Below, piece after piece: positions 10,700 through 21,599 of a stretch of 64,000 bases of DNA. A model generated the notes under the pieces. That model ran no database searches, was not told the DNA's origin, and saw nothing but the letters and a program-made list of their open reading frames with translations. Position numbers and translations under genes: made by a program. Source of the stretch: an uncultured Pelagibacteraceae bacterium (GTDB lineage Bacteria; Pseudomonadota; Alphaproteobacteria; Pelagibacterales; Pelagibacteraceae); NCBI GenBank assembly GCA_902568975.1, contig CACFSO010000004.1:5690-69689 (forward strand), read 5' to 3'. Within the stretch, counting starts at the first letter, position 1. The number at the start of each line of letters is the position of its first letter.

Positions 10700-11099
10700 A
10701 AAAAAAATCTATTTCAATTTTAGCATTTTCTACACTGTCAGAACCATGTACTGAGTTTTTATCTATAGATATTCCATATTTTTTTCTAAGTGTTCCAGGC
10801 TCTGCTTTATTTGGGTCTGTTGCTCCCATTAACTTTCTATTTTCACTTACTGCACTATTTTTTTCTAGTACCATAACAATAATTGGGCCTGATGATAAAT
10901 AATCACATAAATCGTTATAAAAAGGTTTGGTTTGATGAATTTTATAAAACTCTTCAGCCTCTATTTTTGATATTTGAATTTTTTTTTCTTTTAATATTTG
11001 AAAATCATTTTTTATAAATTCTTTTTTTATTTCATTAGACAGATTTCTTTCAACTGCATCAGGTTTAATTATTGATAGAGTTTGTTCTAAATTACTCAT
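10689..11099 (-). CDS. ndk: Nucleoside diphosphate kinase
   Basis: TLSIIKPDAV, MGATDP, N.VHGSDS. Confidence 0.97.
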   Translation of the reverse strand: MSNLEQTLSIIKPDAVERNLSNEIKKEFIKNDFQILKEKKIQISKIEAEEFYKIHQTKPFYNDLCDYLSSGPIIVMVLEKNSAVSENRKLMGATDPNKAEPGTLRKKYGISIDKNSVHGSDSVENAKIEIDFFFKN

Positions 11100-12555
11100 A
11101 GTTATCTTCTACAAACTTATTTAATAATCTTACTCCATATCCTGTTGCTCCACCTGAGTTTAGAGCTCCAGCATATTTTGAAAATGCCATACCAGCTATA
11201 TCTAGATGTGCCCATGGTGTTTTATTAATAATAAATCTTTGTAGAAACTGCGCAGCTGTTGTTGAGCCAGCACCTCCTACATAATTTATATTTTGCATAT
11301 CTGCATTTTTTGAGTCCATAAGTTTATCATAATTTTTATGTAGTGGTAATCTCCAAGCTTTCTCATCAACTTTTTCTCCAGCTTCAAAAATTTCTTTTGA
11401 TAATTTATCGTTATTTGAAAAAAGTCCTGCATATTCCGATCCTAATGAAACAACTATTGCTCCTGTAAGAGTTGCAAGATCAACAATAAAATTAGGTTTA
11501 AATTTTTTTTCAGTAAAACTTAATGCATCCGCAAGTACCAATCTCCCTTCTGCATCAGTATTTAAAACTTCAATTGTTTTTCCGCTATAAGATTTGACAA
11601 TATCTCCAGGTCTTTGAGCATTACCTCCTGGCATGTTTTCAACAAGACCAACAACGCCTACAGCATTTATCTTTGCTTTTCTAAGTGCAAAATTTTTCAT
11701 TAAACCTACAACTACAGCTGACCCTGCCATATCATATGTCATATCTTCCATAAATCTTGCAGGTTTTAAAGATATTCCTCCAGTATCAAAACAAACTCCC
11801 TTTCCTACAAATGCCAAAGGTTTAGATTTAGATTTATTTCCATTCCATTCCATTGTAACTAAATAAGACCCCCTAATACTTCCCTGCCCAACTCCAAGTA
11901 AAGCATTACATCCTAATTTTTTTAATTTTTTTTCATCATAAACGGTTACTTTTAATCCAAATTTTTTTAATTTTAGCAATCTTTTTGCATATTCATCTGG
12001 ATGCAATATATTTCCTGGTTCAGACACCAAATCTTTTGTAAAATTAACACCGTTTAAAACTGCATCTAATTTATATTTAATTTTTGAATCAATCTGGTTT
12101 TTACTTTTTAAAATATTAATATTTATATCTTTTTTATTTTTCTTTGTTTTATACAAATCAAATTCGTAAGCTTTTAATTCAGCGCCATGCATAAATTCAT
12201 TAAATCTAATATTATTCTTAACTGAAGAAAAATTTGAACCTAAAACCAAAACATTATTTAAATTATTATTTTTTATATAATCATAAAACTTAGCGCCTAG
12301 TTTCTCAGATTGTAATTCTCCATTTTTCTTTACTATTAAGATCATTATTAATTGTTGATCAAATTCTAGGTTAAATGAAAAAATTTTGTCTACTTTGGTT
12401 TTTTTATTACTTTTCAAAAATTTAACTATTTTTTGATTTATTTTATCGTCAAAAATCCCTTTAAAATCTGAAAGTTTTGAGTCCTTTCCTAAAAAAAGAC
12501 CTATGTTCTTTGAGGTACCAATTTTGCCATCAAAATATTTTATTTTTAAAGCCAT
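11092..12555 (-). CDS. pepA: Leucyl aminopeptidase (M17)
   Basis: VGKGVCFDTGGISLK, DMAGSA, NTDAEGRLVLAD, HLDIAG; start placed at ATG 12555 to avoid overlap with lptF. Confidence 0.96.
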   Translation of the reverse strand: MALKIKYFDGKIGTSKNIGLFLGKDSKLSDFKGIFDDKINQKIVKFLKSNKKTKVDKIFSFNLEFDQQLIMILIVKKNGELQSEKLGAKFYDYIKNNNLNNVLVLGSNFSSVKNNIRFNEFMHGAELKAYEFDLYKTKKNKKDININILKSKNQIDSKIKYKLDAVLNGVNFTKDLVSEPGNILHPDEYAKRLLKLKKFGLKVTVYDEKKLKKLGCNALLGVGQGSIRGSYLVTMEWNGNKSKSKPLAFVGKGVCFDTGGISLKPARFMEDMTYDMAGSAVVVGLMKNFALRKAKINAVGVVGLVENMPGGNAQRPGDIVKSYSGKTIEVLNTDAEGRLVLADALSFTEKKFKPNFIVDLATLTGAIVVSLGSEYAGLFSNNDKLSKEIFEAGEKVDEKAWRLPLHKNYDKLMDSKNADMQNINYVGGAGSTTAAQFLQRFIINKTPWAHLDIAGMAFSKYAGALNSGGATGYGVRLLNKFVEDNYE

Positions 12556-12610
12556 TTGTATTAAATATATTATAGGTTGAAAGTATATAAATACTTTTTT
12601 TAGCAATTCA

Positions 12611-13726
12611 ATGAGAAATATTATATTTAAAAAACTGAGATTTGACTGCAGTTCCTTTTTTGTTTTATCAATTATAAGCATATCCTTGATAATTTGGGTA
12701 GCTCAAGCGGTAAATTTTTTAGATTTTGTGACCGAAGATGGCCATAGCTTTAAAGTGTATTTTTTATATTCACTTTTAAATATACCAAAAATTGTAAGTA
12801 AAATATTTCCTTTTATTTTTTTTATAAGTTTAATCTATATTCTTGTTAAGTATGAAAATAATAATGAATTAATTATTTATTGGAATTATGGTATTAAAAA
12901 AAATACTTTTACTAAGGTTGTATTACTTTTTTCATTATTATACTTATTTATACAATTAATTTTAACAAGCTACATAGTTCCATATTCTCAAAACAAGGCA
13001 AGATCTTATATTAGAGATTCAAATATTGATCTTTTTCAACAACTTATTAAAGAAAAACAATTTATAGATACCATTTTAAATTTAACAATATTTGTAGAAA
13101 ATAAAGATCAAGAGGGAAATTTAAATAATATATATTTAAAAGAGTTTAGAGATAGTAATAATTCACAAATAATAGTTGCTAAAAGAGGTAATTTTTTTTC
13201 AGATAAAAAAAATAAATTCTTATTATTGTATGATGGGGAGGTAATAAATCAAAAAAATAAAAAAATAAATCAAATTAAATTTGAAAAAACAAAATTTAAT
13301 TTATCAAAATTTGATACTCAATCTCATGAGCAGGTGAAGACACAAGAAAATACTACCTACCAGTTAATTAAGTGTATTGAGGTAACAAAAAATTTTGAAT
13401 TAAAAGAGAAGGCTTTATTTGAAAATTGTAGAATTCAAAATTCAGTTGCTATACATCAGGAGCTTTATAAACGATTGATTACACCAATATTTATTCCAGT
13501 GTTAGCTTTGATTGCTCTTCTTCTTATAATTAAATCGAAGAACCAAAAAAATTATATTAATTTTAGAAATTTTATTACAATTTATGGGTTAATAATTTTA
13601 ATTTTATCGGAGTCATTCATTAGATTAATAAATTCAAATTATATAAATAATGTAATTTTAATTTCTGTGCCATTTATAATCTTTTTAGCAAATTATTTTT
13701 ATTTAAGAATTAGGGTCTTGAAATGA
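12611..13726 (+). CDS. lptF: LPS export permease LptF
   Basis: YjgP/YjgQ topology (3 TM, periplasmic domain, 3 TM); divergent from pepA. Confidence 0.85.
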   Translation: MRNIIFKKLRFDCSSFFVLSIISISLIIWVAQAVNFLDFVTEDGHSFKVYFLYSLLNIPKIVSKIFPFIFFISLIYILVKYENNNELIIYWNYGIKKNTFTKVVLLFSLLYLFIQLILTSYIVPYSQNKARSYIRDSNIDLFQQLIKEKQFIDTILNLTIFVENKDQEGNLNNIYLKEFRDSNNSQIIVAKRGNFFSDKKNKFLLLYDGEVINQKNKKINQIKFEKTKFNLSKFDTQSHEQVKTQENTTYQLIKCIEVTKNFELKEKALFENCRIQNSVAIHQELYKRLITPIFIPVLALIALLLIIKSKNQKNYINFRNFITIYGLIILILSESFIRLINSNYINNVILISVPFIIFLANYFYLRIRVLK

Positions 13727-14802
13727 TATTTTCTACATATAATAAATATATAATTAAACTCTTTTTAGGAAAATTAATTCTTATTTTTTCAATTTTTTTT
13801 TCCTTAATTTTAGTAATTAATATTCTAGATGAAATAAATTTCCTTCAAGGAAAAAATGAAGGATTCTATCTACCAATTATATTAACATTTTTAAATTCTC
13901 CATCAGTTGTGTTTGAAGTTTTTCCGTTTATCTTTTTAATTGCAACTCAATTTTTTTTTATTTCCTTAATTGAAAATAATGAAATCCAAATATTTAAATA
14001 CTCAGGAATTAAAAATACAAAACTACTAATAACTATTGCTATTACCTCATTTTTTGTTGGTATTTTTATAATTTTTGTGTTTTATGAATTATCTTCTAAT
14101 TTAAAAAATAACTACTTAAAAATTAAAAATTCAATGATAGAGGATAAAAAATTCTTAGCAGTAGTAACTAATAATGGTTTATTTATAAAAGATGAGATTG
14201 GAGAATTTAAAAATATTATTAATGCTGAAAAAATTTCAGGAAACTTTCTAATAAATGTATCTATAACTCAATTTAATGAAAATGGAAAAATTGAAAAAAA
14301 TATTATAGGAAAAAAAGCAGATATATCTGATTTTAAATGGATAATCGAAGATGCAAATGTTTCGATAAATAATGAAAATTACTTTAAAAATAAGCTATTA
14401 TTTAATTCGAATTTTAATTTAGACAAAATAAATAATATTTTTTCTAATTTATCCTCATTAAGTTTATATAAGTTATTTGAATTGAGAAATGATTATAAAA
14501 AATTAAACTATTCTCTAGATAAAATTGACTCCCATCTCAATAAAATATTATCTCTTCCTCTATTTGTAAGTTTAATGACAATTTTATCTGCAATACTTAT
14601 GTTCAGAATAAAATATAATAGAAATGTTATTTTTAATGTTGTTATAGGTGTTTCTATTTCTGTAGTTGTATATTATGTAAACTATTTTATAAATACGATG
14701 GGTATAAATGAAATTATTTCAATAAAATTATCTATTTGGCTACCTATGTTATTTTTATCTTTATTTTGTTTATTAAACACAGTCAGAATTAATGAAAAAT
14801 AA
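13723..14802 (+). CDS. lptG: LPS export permease LptG
   Basis: YjgP/YjgQ topology, NE…K.SG motif; follows lptF. Confidence 0.85.
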   Translation: MIFSTYNKYIIKLFLGKLILIFSIFFSLILVINILDEINFLQGKNEGFYLPIILTFLNSPSVVFEVFPFIFLIATQFFFISLIENNEIQIFKYSGIKNTKLLITIAITSFFVGIFIIFVFYELSSNLKNNYLKIKNSMIEDKKFLAVVTNNGLFIKDEIGEFKNIINAEKISGNFLINVSITQFNENGKIEKNIIGKKADISDFKWIIEDANVSINNENYFKNKLLFNSNFNLDKINNIFSNLSSLSLYKLFELRNDYKKLNYSLDKIDSHLNKILSLPLFVSLMTILSAILMFRIKYNRNVIFNVVIGVSISVVVYYVNYFINTMGINEIISIKLSIWLPMLFLSLFCLLNTVRINEK

Positions 14803-17257
14803 TTTTTTATTATATTTCGCTTTATTATTTATTTTCTTTTTAAATCATAATTCTTTTTCTGATGAATTTAAGTTTGAGTTTACTGAAATTCAAATTGAAG
14901 AAAATGGTAATTTTTACAAAGGTATAAATGGAGGTAAAGTAATCTCAGATGATGATGTCGAAATAATTGCTGATTTTTTTGAATACAAAAAGAAAGATTT
15001 AATACTTAGAGTTTTTGGAAATGTAAGCATTATAGATCATAAAAAAAATATTATTATAAATGGAAATGAATTCTTTTATGAAAAAAAAATAGATAAAATA
15101 TATTCTATAGGAAAAACCTTTGTAAATTTTGACAATAATTACGAAGCAGATACTTATAACTTAGTTTTTTTACGTAAAGAAAATGAATTGTATTCAAATC
15201 AAAGGACAAAGATAAATGATAATAAAAAAAATTACTATGATTTAGATAGTTTTAATTATAATTTGAATAATAGTTTTTTAACTTCTCCCAAAGCAAAACT
15301 GGAAGACAAAAATAGGGATAAATACGATATTACTGATTTATTATTAGATACTAAAAATAAAAAATTAATTGGTAAAGATATTTCATTATATTTGCACAAA
15401 GATATATTCAAAGAGGAAAGAAACGATCCAAGAATAAAAGGAAATTCAGTTATTTCTGACAGCAAAAAAACTTTAGTTAGCAAAGGTGTTTTTACATCGT
15501 GTCAAGTTAGAGAAGGTAAATGTCCTCCATGGCATATAAAATCGGAAAAAATTATTCATGATAAAGTAAAAAAAGATATAATTTATAAAAATGCTTGGGT
15601 AAATATATATGACATACCTATAGTTTATTTTCCCAAATTTTTTCATCCTGATCCAACTGTTAAAAGACGAAGTGGTTTTTTAAAACCAAGCACAAGTAGT
15701 TCAGAAAAATTAAATAGATCGGTATATGTACCATATTTTTATGTAATCTCTGAAAGTAAAGATATGACTTTCAAGCCTAGGATTTTTTCTGATCACAAGT
15801 ATACAATACAATCAGAATATCGGGAGGCTAGAAAATATTCAGAGTCAGTTGCTGATTTTAGTATTACAAAAGGATATAAAAATTTAGTAGATAATACAAA
15901 AGATACAAGAACTCATTTTTTTTCAAAGACAGAAATTGATTTAAATTTAGCAGATTTTAAGGGTGAAGATGACGAAAGTAAATTAGATATTCAAATACAA
16001 AGAACATCAAACGATACATATTTTAAAGTTTTTGAATTAGAGTCTCCTCTTATAGCCCCAGGAGGAATGAGTACTTTGCTAACATCATTAGAGTTAAATT
16101 TAAAGAAAGATGATAAAAGCTTAATGGCATCTGCTAAAATGTATGAAACTTTAAGTGGCAAAACAAGTGATAGATATCAATATGTTTTTCCTAATTATAA
16201 CTATTCAGAAAAAATTGATTTAGATAAGGATATAAATGGCGAATTGAATTTTATATCAAGTGGATATCATAACTTATATGATACTAATGTTGCAGATACT
16301 GTAATAATTAATGATATTAACTATGAGTCAAATGTAAAATATTTTAACAATGGTTTAACCAATAAAATTAATTTACTTTTTAAAAATGTTAATACTGCTG
16401 GAGAAAATTCAAATAAATATAGTGATAAAACTCAGTCAGAAATTATGTCTTCTTTAGTTCTAAACTACGAATATCCATTGATGAAATATGATAATGAAGG
16501 TTATGAAAGTTTAGTACCAAGATTATCCTTTATGTTTAGTCCTAATGACATGAAAAATAAAAGAACAGAGCAAAGAAGAATGGATGTGGAAAGCATTTTT
16601 TCACCTAATAGATTAGGTTTCTCAGATACTTTAGAGTCAGGGGAGTCTATAACTTTAGGTTTAAATTATAAAAAGTATCTTAATGAAAAAAGTGACGGAG
16701 AAGGAAATGACATCAGTAGTGAAGCAATCTTTGAAACAGGATTTGCAAGGGTTTTTAGAGCTGAAGAAAATTTAAATATTCCCACTTACAGCACTATTGG
16801 TACCAAAGGTTCCGACATTGTTGGAAATGCTATATTTAGACCAGGAGAACATTTAAGTTTTGAATATAACTATTCTTTAGACAGTGATTTTAGTACGATT
16901 AACTATAATTATTTAGAAACTAAATTAGATTTAAATAACTTTGTAACGGAATTTAAATTTTTAGATCAAAGTAATTTACCTAATGATGAAGGATTTTTAC
17001 AAAATGATACAACTGTGAAATTTAATGAAAGTAATTCTTTAACCTTTTCAACTAGAAGAAATAGAAAAATTGATCTAACTGAATATTATAACTGGCTATA
17101 TGAGTATAAAAATGATTGTTTAATAGCAGGTATCGAATATAAAAAAAGATACTACAGTAATAATGATTTAAAACCTAGTGAGGATTTATTCTTCTCAATA
17201 ACTTTATTTCCTTTAACAACTTATACTACAACTAATTTGTTTAAAGATAAAAACTAG
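14792..17257 (+). CDS. lptD: LPS assembly protein LptD
   Basis: FTSC…CPPW, P.VYFPKFFHPDPTVKRRSGFL.P, Y.NDC near the C-terminus. Confidence 0.92.
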   Translation: MKNNFLLYFALLFIFFLNHNSFSDEFKFEFTEIQIEENGNFYKGINGGKVISDDDVEIIADFFEYKKKDLILRVFGNVSIIDHKKNIIINGNEFFYEKKIDKIYSIGKTFVNFDNNYEADTYNLVFLRKENELYSNQRTKINDNKKNYYDLDSFNYNLNNSFLTSPKAKLEDKNRDKYDITDLLLDTKNKKLIGKDISLYLHKDIFKEERNDPRIKGNSVISDSKKTLVSKGVFTSCQVREGKCPPWHIKSEKIIHDKVKKDIIYKNAWVNIYDIPIVYFPKFFHPDPTVKRRSGFLKPSTSSSEKLNRSVYVPYFYVISESKDMTFKPRIFSDHKYTIQSEYREARKYSESVADFSITKGYKNLVDNTKDTRTHFFSKTEIDLNLADFKGEDDESKLDIQIQRTSNDTYFKVFELESPLIAPGGMSTLLTSLELNLKKDDKSLMASAKMYETLSGKTSDRYQYVFPNYNYSEKIDLDKDINGELNFISSGYHNLYDTNVADTVIINDINYESNVKYFNNGLTNKINLLFKNVNTAGENSNKYSDKTQSEIMSSLVLNYEYPLMKYDNEGYESLVPRLSFMFSPNDMKNKRTEQRRMDVESIFSPNRLGFSDTLESGESITLGLNYKKYLNEKSDGEGNDISSEAIFETGFARVFRAEENLNIPTYSTIGTKGSDIVGNAIFRPGEHLSFEYNYSLDSDFSTINYNYLETKLDLNNFVTEFKFLDQSNLPNDEGFLQNDTTVKFNESNSLTFSTRRNRKIDLTEYYNWLYEYKNDCLIAGIEYKKRYYSNNDLKPSEDLFFSITLFPLTTYTTTNLFKDKN

Positions 17258-18180
17258 TGAAAATTATTTTTATTATTATTTTTTTTATTTTTTTTAATAA
17301 CTTAAGTAATGCTAAAATTGGCAAAATTTTATTTAAAATAAATAATGAAATCGTTACAAATCTAGATATTGAAAAAGAAGCTAATTATCTTATGGCTTTT
17401 AATAAAAACATGGATCAACTTGAAAAGAGTGAAATTTTGAAATTTTCAAAAGAATCTATTGTTAAGGAAAAAGTCAAATTAATTGAAGTTAAAAAACAGT
17501 ATGACTTTGAAAAACAAAAAATTCATTCAAAACAATTGCTTGATAGGTTTTACAAAAATTTAGGATTTATTGACGATGAATCTTTTTTTAATTTTTTAAA
17601 TGAGAAAAATTTAAATGTAGACGAGTTTAAAGATAAGCTTTTAATAGAAGCGCTTTGGAATGAGTTAATTTTGAGAAAATACTCAAATAAAATGAAAATA
17701 AACGAGGATGAAATTAAAAAAAGAATATCAAAAATTAAAAAGGAAAGTCAATTAATAAAATCTTATTATTTATTAGAATTAATTTTTCAAATTGATAAAA
17801 AAGAAAATCTAAATAAAAAATTTTCAAAAATAAAAAAAAGTATTGAAAACATTGGCTTTGAAAGTACTGCAAGTATTTACAGTATTTCAGAAAGTTCTAA
17901 AAATGGAGGAAAAATTGGATGGGTAAATGAAAACCAATTATCATCTCAGCTATTAAAAGAAATTAAAAAAATACAGGTCGGCGAATTTTCAAATCCATTA
18001 ATTGTACCAGGTGGTTTCTTAATTATAAAAATTAATGAAATTAAAAATGAATCAAAAAATTTCGATTTTAACGAAGAATATAAAAAAGCAATATCATTTG
18101 AAAAAAATAAGCAATTAAATGAATTTTCCTCTATACATTTTAAAAAGATAAAAAGTAATTTAATTATACATGAAAACTAA
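17257..18180 (+). CDS. surA: SurA-like peptidylprolyl isomerase/chaperone
   Basis: INNEIVTN.D, F…A..YS…S…GG.IGWV parvulin motif; lptD-surA-pdxA-rsmA synteny. Confidence 0.85.
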   Translation: MKIIFIIIFFIFFNNLSNAKIGKILFKINNEIVTNLDIEKEANYLMAFNKNMDQLEKSEILKFSKESIVKEKVKLIEVKKQYDFEKQKIHSKQLLDRFYKNLGFIDDESFFNFLNEKNLNVDEFKDKLLIEALWNELILRKYSNKMKINEDEIKKRISKIKKESQLIKSYYLLELIFQIDKKENLNKKFSKIKKSIENIGFESTASIYSISESSKNGGKIGWVNENQLSSQLLKEIKKIQVGEFSNPLIVPGGFLIIKINEIKNESKNFDFNEEYKKAISFEKNKQLNEFSSIHFKKIKSNLIIHEN

Positions 18181-19150
18181 ACCTATTATAATAGTCGCAG
18201 GAGAACCTTATAGTATTTTCTCTGAAATATTATTTAAACTATATAAATCAAAAATACTTAAAAATTTTAGAAGACCACTCATTTTAATAGGATCAACCAA
18301 AGTTTTTCAAACTCAAATGAAAAAGCTTAAATATAAAATAAAATTCAATGAAATTAAAAAAAAAGATATTAGTAATTTAAATCTAACAAATATGTCAATA
18401 AATATAATTAATGTAGATTTGAATTTTAAAAATAAAATAAATAAAATTTCTTCATTTTCTTCAAATTATATATCTAAATGTTTTAAAATTGCTTTTGAAT
18501 TAATTAAAAAAAAAAAAATAAATACACTAATAAATGGGCCTATTTCAAAAAAGGATTTCTTAAATAAAAAGTATTTAGGAATTACTGAATTTATATCAAA
18601 AAAAATAAAATCTAAAAAAAATCCTGTAATGTTAATATTCAATCCAAAGTTATCTGTTTCTCCTATTACAACTCATCTGCCAATTAAAAGTGTAAGTAAG
18701 AATTTAACAAAAGAAAAAATAATAAATAATGTTTTAGAAATTAATAACTTTTACAAAAAAACAATCAAAAAAAATGCAAAAATTGCAATGCTGGGACTTA
18801 ACCCGCATTGTGAAAGTACAAGTTATTTTAGCGAGGAAGATAAGATTATTTCTCCGGCTATAAAAGTCTTAAAAAAAAAAAGAATTAATGTTGATGGACC
18901 TTTTTCTACAGACACTTTTTTCATTAATAAAAATCTTAAAAAATACAATATAGTTATTGGCATGTATCATGATCAAGTTCTGACACCTTTAAAAACTTTA
19001 TTTAAATTTGATGCAATTAATATCTCATTAGGTCTTCCTTTTTTAAGAATATCTCCAGACCACGGTCCAAATAGCGAAATGTATGGAAAAAATATTTCTG
19101 ATCCACAATCTCTTTTTTCAATTATTAATTTTTTAAAAAAAATAAAATGA
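18170..19150 (+). CDS. pdxA: 4-hydroxythreonine-4-phosphate dehydrogenase
   Basis: GEP, TTHLP, GLNPH, MYHDQ.L.P.K, GLPFLR.SPDHG. Confidence 0.93.
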   Translation: MKTKPIIIVAGEPYSIFSEILFKLYKSKILKNFRRPLILIGSTKVFQTQMKKLKYKIKFNEIKKKDISNLNLTNMSINIINVDLNFKNKINKISSFSSNYISKCFKIAFELIKKKKINTLINGPISKKDFLNKKYLGITEFISKKIKSKKNPVMLIFNPKLSVSPITTHLPIKSVSKNLTKEKIINNVLEINNFYKKTIKKNAKIAMLGLNPHCESTSYFSEEDKIISPAIKVLKKKRINVDGPFSTDTFFINKNLKKYNIVIGMYHDQVLTPLKTLFKFDAINISLGLPFLRISPDHGPNSEMYGKNISDPQSLFSIINFLKKIK

Positions 19151-19938
19151 AGTTAAAGCCTAAAAAAAGTTTAGGTCAAAATTTCCTAATAGATAAAAAT
19201 ATAATTAAATTAATAGTTAACGCAGGAAATATAGGTAACAAAGATACAATTTTAGAAGTAGGTCCAGGAACAGGAAATTTAACCAATGAAATTATTTTAC
19301 GAAAACCAAAAAAAATAATTGTTATAGAAAAAGATAAAATTTTAGCAGAAGAATTGTTAAGAAAATTCAAAAATAATATTATATTAATTAATAAAGATAT
19401 ATTGGATATTGATGAGTCTGGTTTGAATGATAAGCAAATTATTGTTTTTGGAAACTTGCCTTACAATATTTCAACTCAGATATTGGTAAAATGGATAAAA
19501 TTAAAAAATTTAAACAATATATTTAAAAAAACAATTTTGATGTTTCAAAAAGAAGTGGCAGAACGAATTATTGCTAAAACAAATAGTAAAAATTATGGAA
19601 GATTGGCAGTTTTATCAAATTGGAAATTAAATATTAAAAAAATAATTGATATAAATCCAAGTTGTTTTTTTCCATCACCCAAAGTAAAAAGCACACTTCT
19701 TCTTATTGAACCAAAAAAAAATTTTTTTAAAATAAAAAATCCTAAAAATTTAGAACTAATTACTAAGATTTTTTTTAATCAAAGAAGAAAAATGATAAAA
19801 AAACCACTTAAAATTATTTTTGGAGATTATGAAAAAATTGCTGAAAAACTTAAAATAGATCCTAACAAAAGACCTCAAAACCTAGACCCAATAGTATATT
19901 TTAATTTGTGTAGTGAATACGAAAAGTCAAACTTGTAA
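19147..19938 (+). CDS. rsmA: 16S rRNA m6,2A dimethyltransferase
   Basis: KKSLGQNFL, LEVGPG.G.LT, GNLPYNI, MFQKEVAER. Confidence 0.97.
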   Translation: MKLKPKKSLGQNFLIDKNIIKLIVNAGNIGNKDTILEVGPGTGNLTNEIILRKPKKIIVIEKDKILAEELLRKFKNNIILINKDILDIDESGLNDKQIIVFGNLPYNISTQILVKWIKLKNLNNIFKKTILMFQKEVAERIIAKTNSKNYGRLAVLSNWKLNIKKIIDINPSCFFPSPKVKSTLLLIEPKKNFFKIKNPKNLELITKIFFNQRRKMIKKPLKIIFGDYEKIAEKLKIDPNKRPQNLDPIVYFNLCSEYEKSNL

Positions 19939-20559
19939 TATTTTTATATGATCTTCAATTTTTTTTCTATCGTAGCTTATTTTTTTTCCTACTACTTTTA
20001 AGTTAATTAAATTAATTATTTCGTCAAAACATGCATTTAGATTATCGTTAATAACAACAAAATCATAATCTTTCCAATGTAAAACATCTTGTTCGAATTG
20101 CTCCATTCTTTTTTTTATAATTGACTCATCATTATTTTCTCTATTTGAAAGCCTATTTAGCAACTCTTCTTTACTTGGTGGTAAGATAAAAAATGTAATT
20201 AATTCGAAATTAAGATTTTGTTTTTTAATTTGCTCAGTTCCCTGCCAATCAATATCAAAAAGAACACTTTTGCCTTTTTTAAGACTTTCTAATACTTTTT
20301 TTTTGGATGTGCCATAATAGTTATCGAAAACTTTTGCATATTCTAAAAATTCACTTTTTTTAATTAAATTTTCAAAGTTTTCCTTTTTTACAAAATAGTA
20401 ATCCTCTCCATTAATTTCTTTTGATCGAGGCGTCCTGGTAGTATATGAAATAGAAATTACAAATTTCTTTTTTTCTGCAATTTTCTTTGCTAAGGTTGTT
20501 TTTCCTGCACCAGATGGCGATGATAATACGACCATTATCCCATCTTTAATTGAGGACAT
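19927..20559 (-). CDS. gmk: Guanylate kinase
   Basis: SSPSGAGKTT, TTRTPR..E..G.DYYF, NYYGT, FDIDWQG. Confidence 0.97.
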   Translation of the reverse strand: MSSIKDGIMVVLSSPSGAGKTTLAKKIAEKKKFVISISYTTRTPRSKEINGEDYYFVKKENFENLIKKSEFLEYAKVFDNYYGTSKKKVLESLKKGKSVLFDIDWQGTEQIKKQNLNFELITFFILPPSKEELLNRLSNRENNDESIIKKRMEQFEQDVLHWKDYDFVVINDNLNACFDEIINLINLKVVGKKISYDRKKIEDHIKILQV

Positions 20560-20575
20560 CTATATTTTAATAAAA

Positions 20576-20815
20576 TTAATTTGCTTTACTCTCTATAAAT
20601 TTTATTGCATCTCCAACAGTTAAAATTTTTTCAGCTTCGCTATCGGAAATTTCTGATCCAAACTCTTCCTCAAATGCCATTACTAATTCAACTGTGTCTA
20701 AACTATCGGCGCCTAAGTCGTCTATAAAACTTGATTCTTCAGTTACTTTTGCTTCTTCTATTCCTAAGTGGTCAGCAACTATTTTCTTTACTTTATTTGA
20801 AACATCATCTGACAT
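20576..20815 (-). CDS. acpP: Acyl carrier protein
   Basis: [20 protein letters not shown]. Confidence 0.98.
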   Translation of the reverse strand: MSDDVSNKVKKIVADHLGIEEAKVTEESSFIDDLGADSLDTVELVMAFEEEFGSEISDSEAEKILTVGDAIKFIESKAN

Positions 20816-20864
20816 ATTAATCCTTTTTGTTATAATTTCGTTATTAGATTATTAATCAACTTTG

Positions 20865-21599
20865 TCAAGCCATATACATGCCTCCATTAACATGTATAGT
20901 TTCACCTGTAATATAAGAAGCTGCTTCAGAGGATAAAAAAGCAACTGCATTTGATACATCTTCTCCAGTACCCAGTCTTGACATTGGTATCTTGGAAATT
21001 AATAATTCTTTTATATTATCATTAATATTTTCTGTCATTTTTGATTGGATAAAACCAGGAGAAACACAATTAATTGTTATATTTTTTTTTGCATATTCTA
21101 TAGCTAAACTTTTGGACATTCCAATAATTGCAGCTTTTGAAGCTGAATAATTTGATTGTCCTAAATTTCCAGTATGACCAACTATTGAAGTTATATTTAT
21201 AATTCTTCCGAATTTATTTTTTAACATTTTCTTTATTGCGTATTTGCATAAAAAAAATGTAGATCCTAAATTAATATCTATAACTTTTTTCCATTCGTTA
21301 TCTTTCATTCTTAAAGACAAATTATCTAAATTTATACCTGCATTATTAATTAAAATATCTATACCAGATAGTTTAGATGAAGCATCTTCTATAAATTCTT
21401 CGATTTTTGAATGATCTGAAATATCAAATTTAGTGATATTTATATTTGAAAATTCATTTTTTAAAGAATCTAATTTTTCTTCTTTAGTTCCTGTTGCTAG
21501 AATATTTCCATTTAATGAAACAAATTTTTTCACTAAAGAATATCCAATTCCGCCGGTTGCTCCTGTAATTAATATTTTTTTATTTTTAAAATTGATCAT
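20865..21599 (-). CDS. fabG: 3-oxoacyl-ACP reductase
   Basis: TGATGGIG, NNAGI, GQ.NYSASK, TG.TIHVNGGM. Confidence 0.96.
   Translation of the reverse strand: MINFKNKKILITGATGGIGYSLVKKFVSLNGNILATGTKEEKLDSLKNEFSNINITKFDISDHSKIEEFIEDASSKLSGIDILINNAGINLDNLSLRMKDNEWKKVIDINLGSTFFLCKYAIKKMLKNKFGRIINITSIVGHTGNLGQSNYSASKAAIIGMSKSLAIEYAKKNITINCVSPGFIQSKMTENINDNIKELLISKIPMSRLGTGEDVSNAVAFLSSEAASYITGETIHVNGGMYMA

Noticed and set aside
12556-12681. N-terminal extension of pepA in the ORF track
   Set aside because: It overlaps the divergent lptF; the ATG at 12555 is the more plausible start
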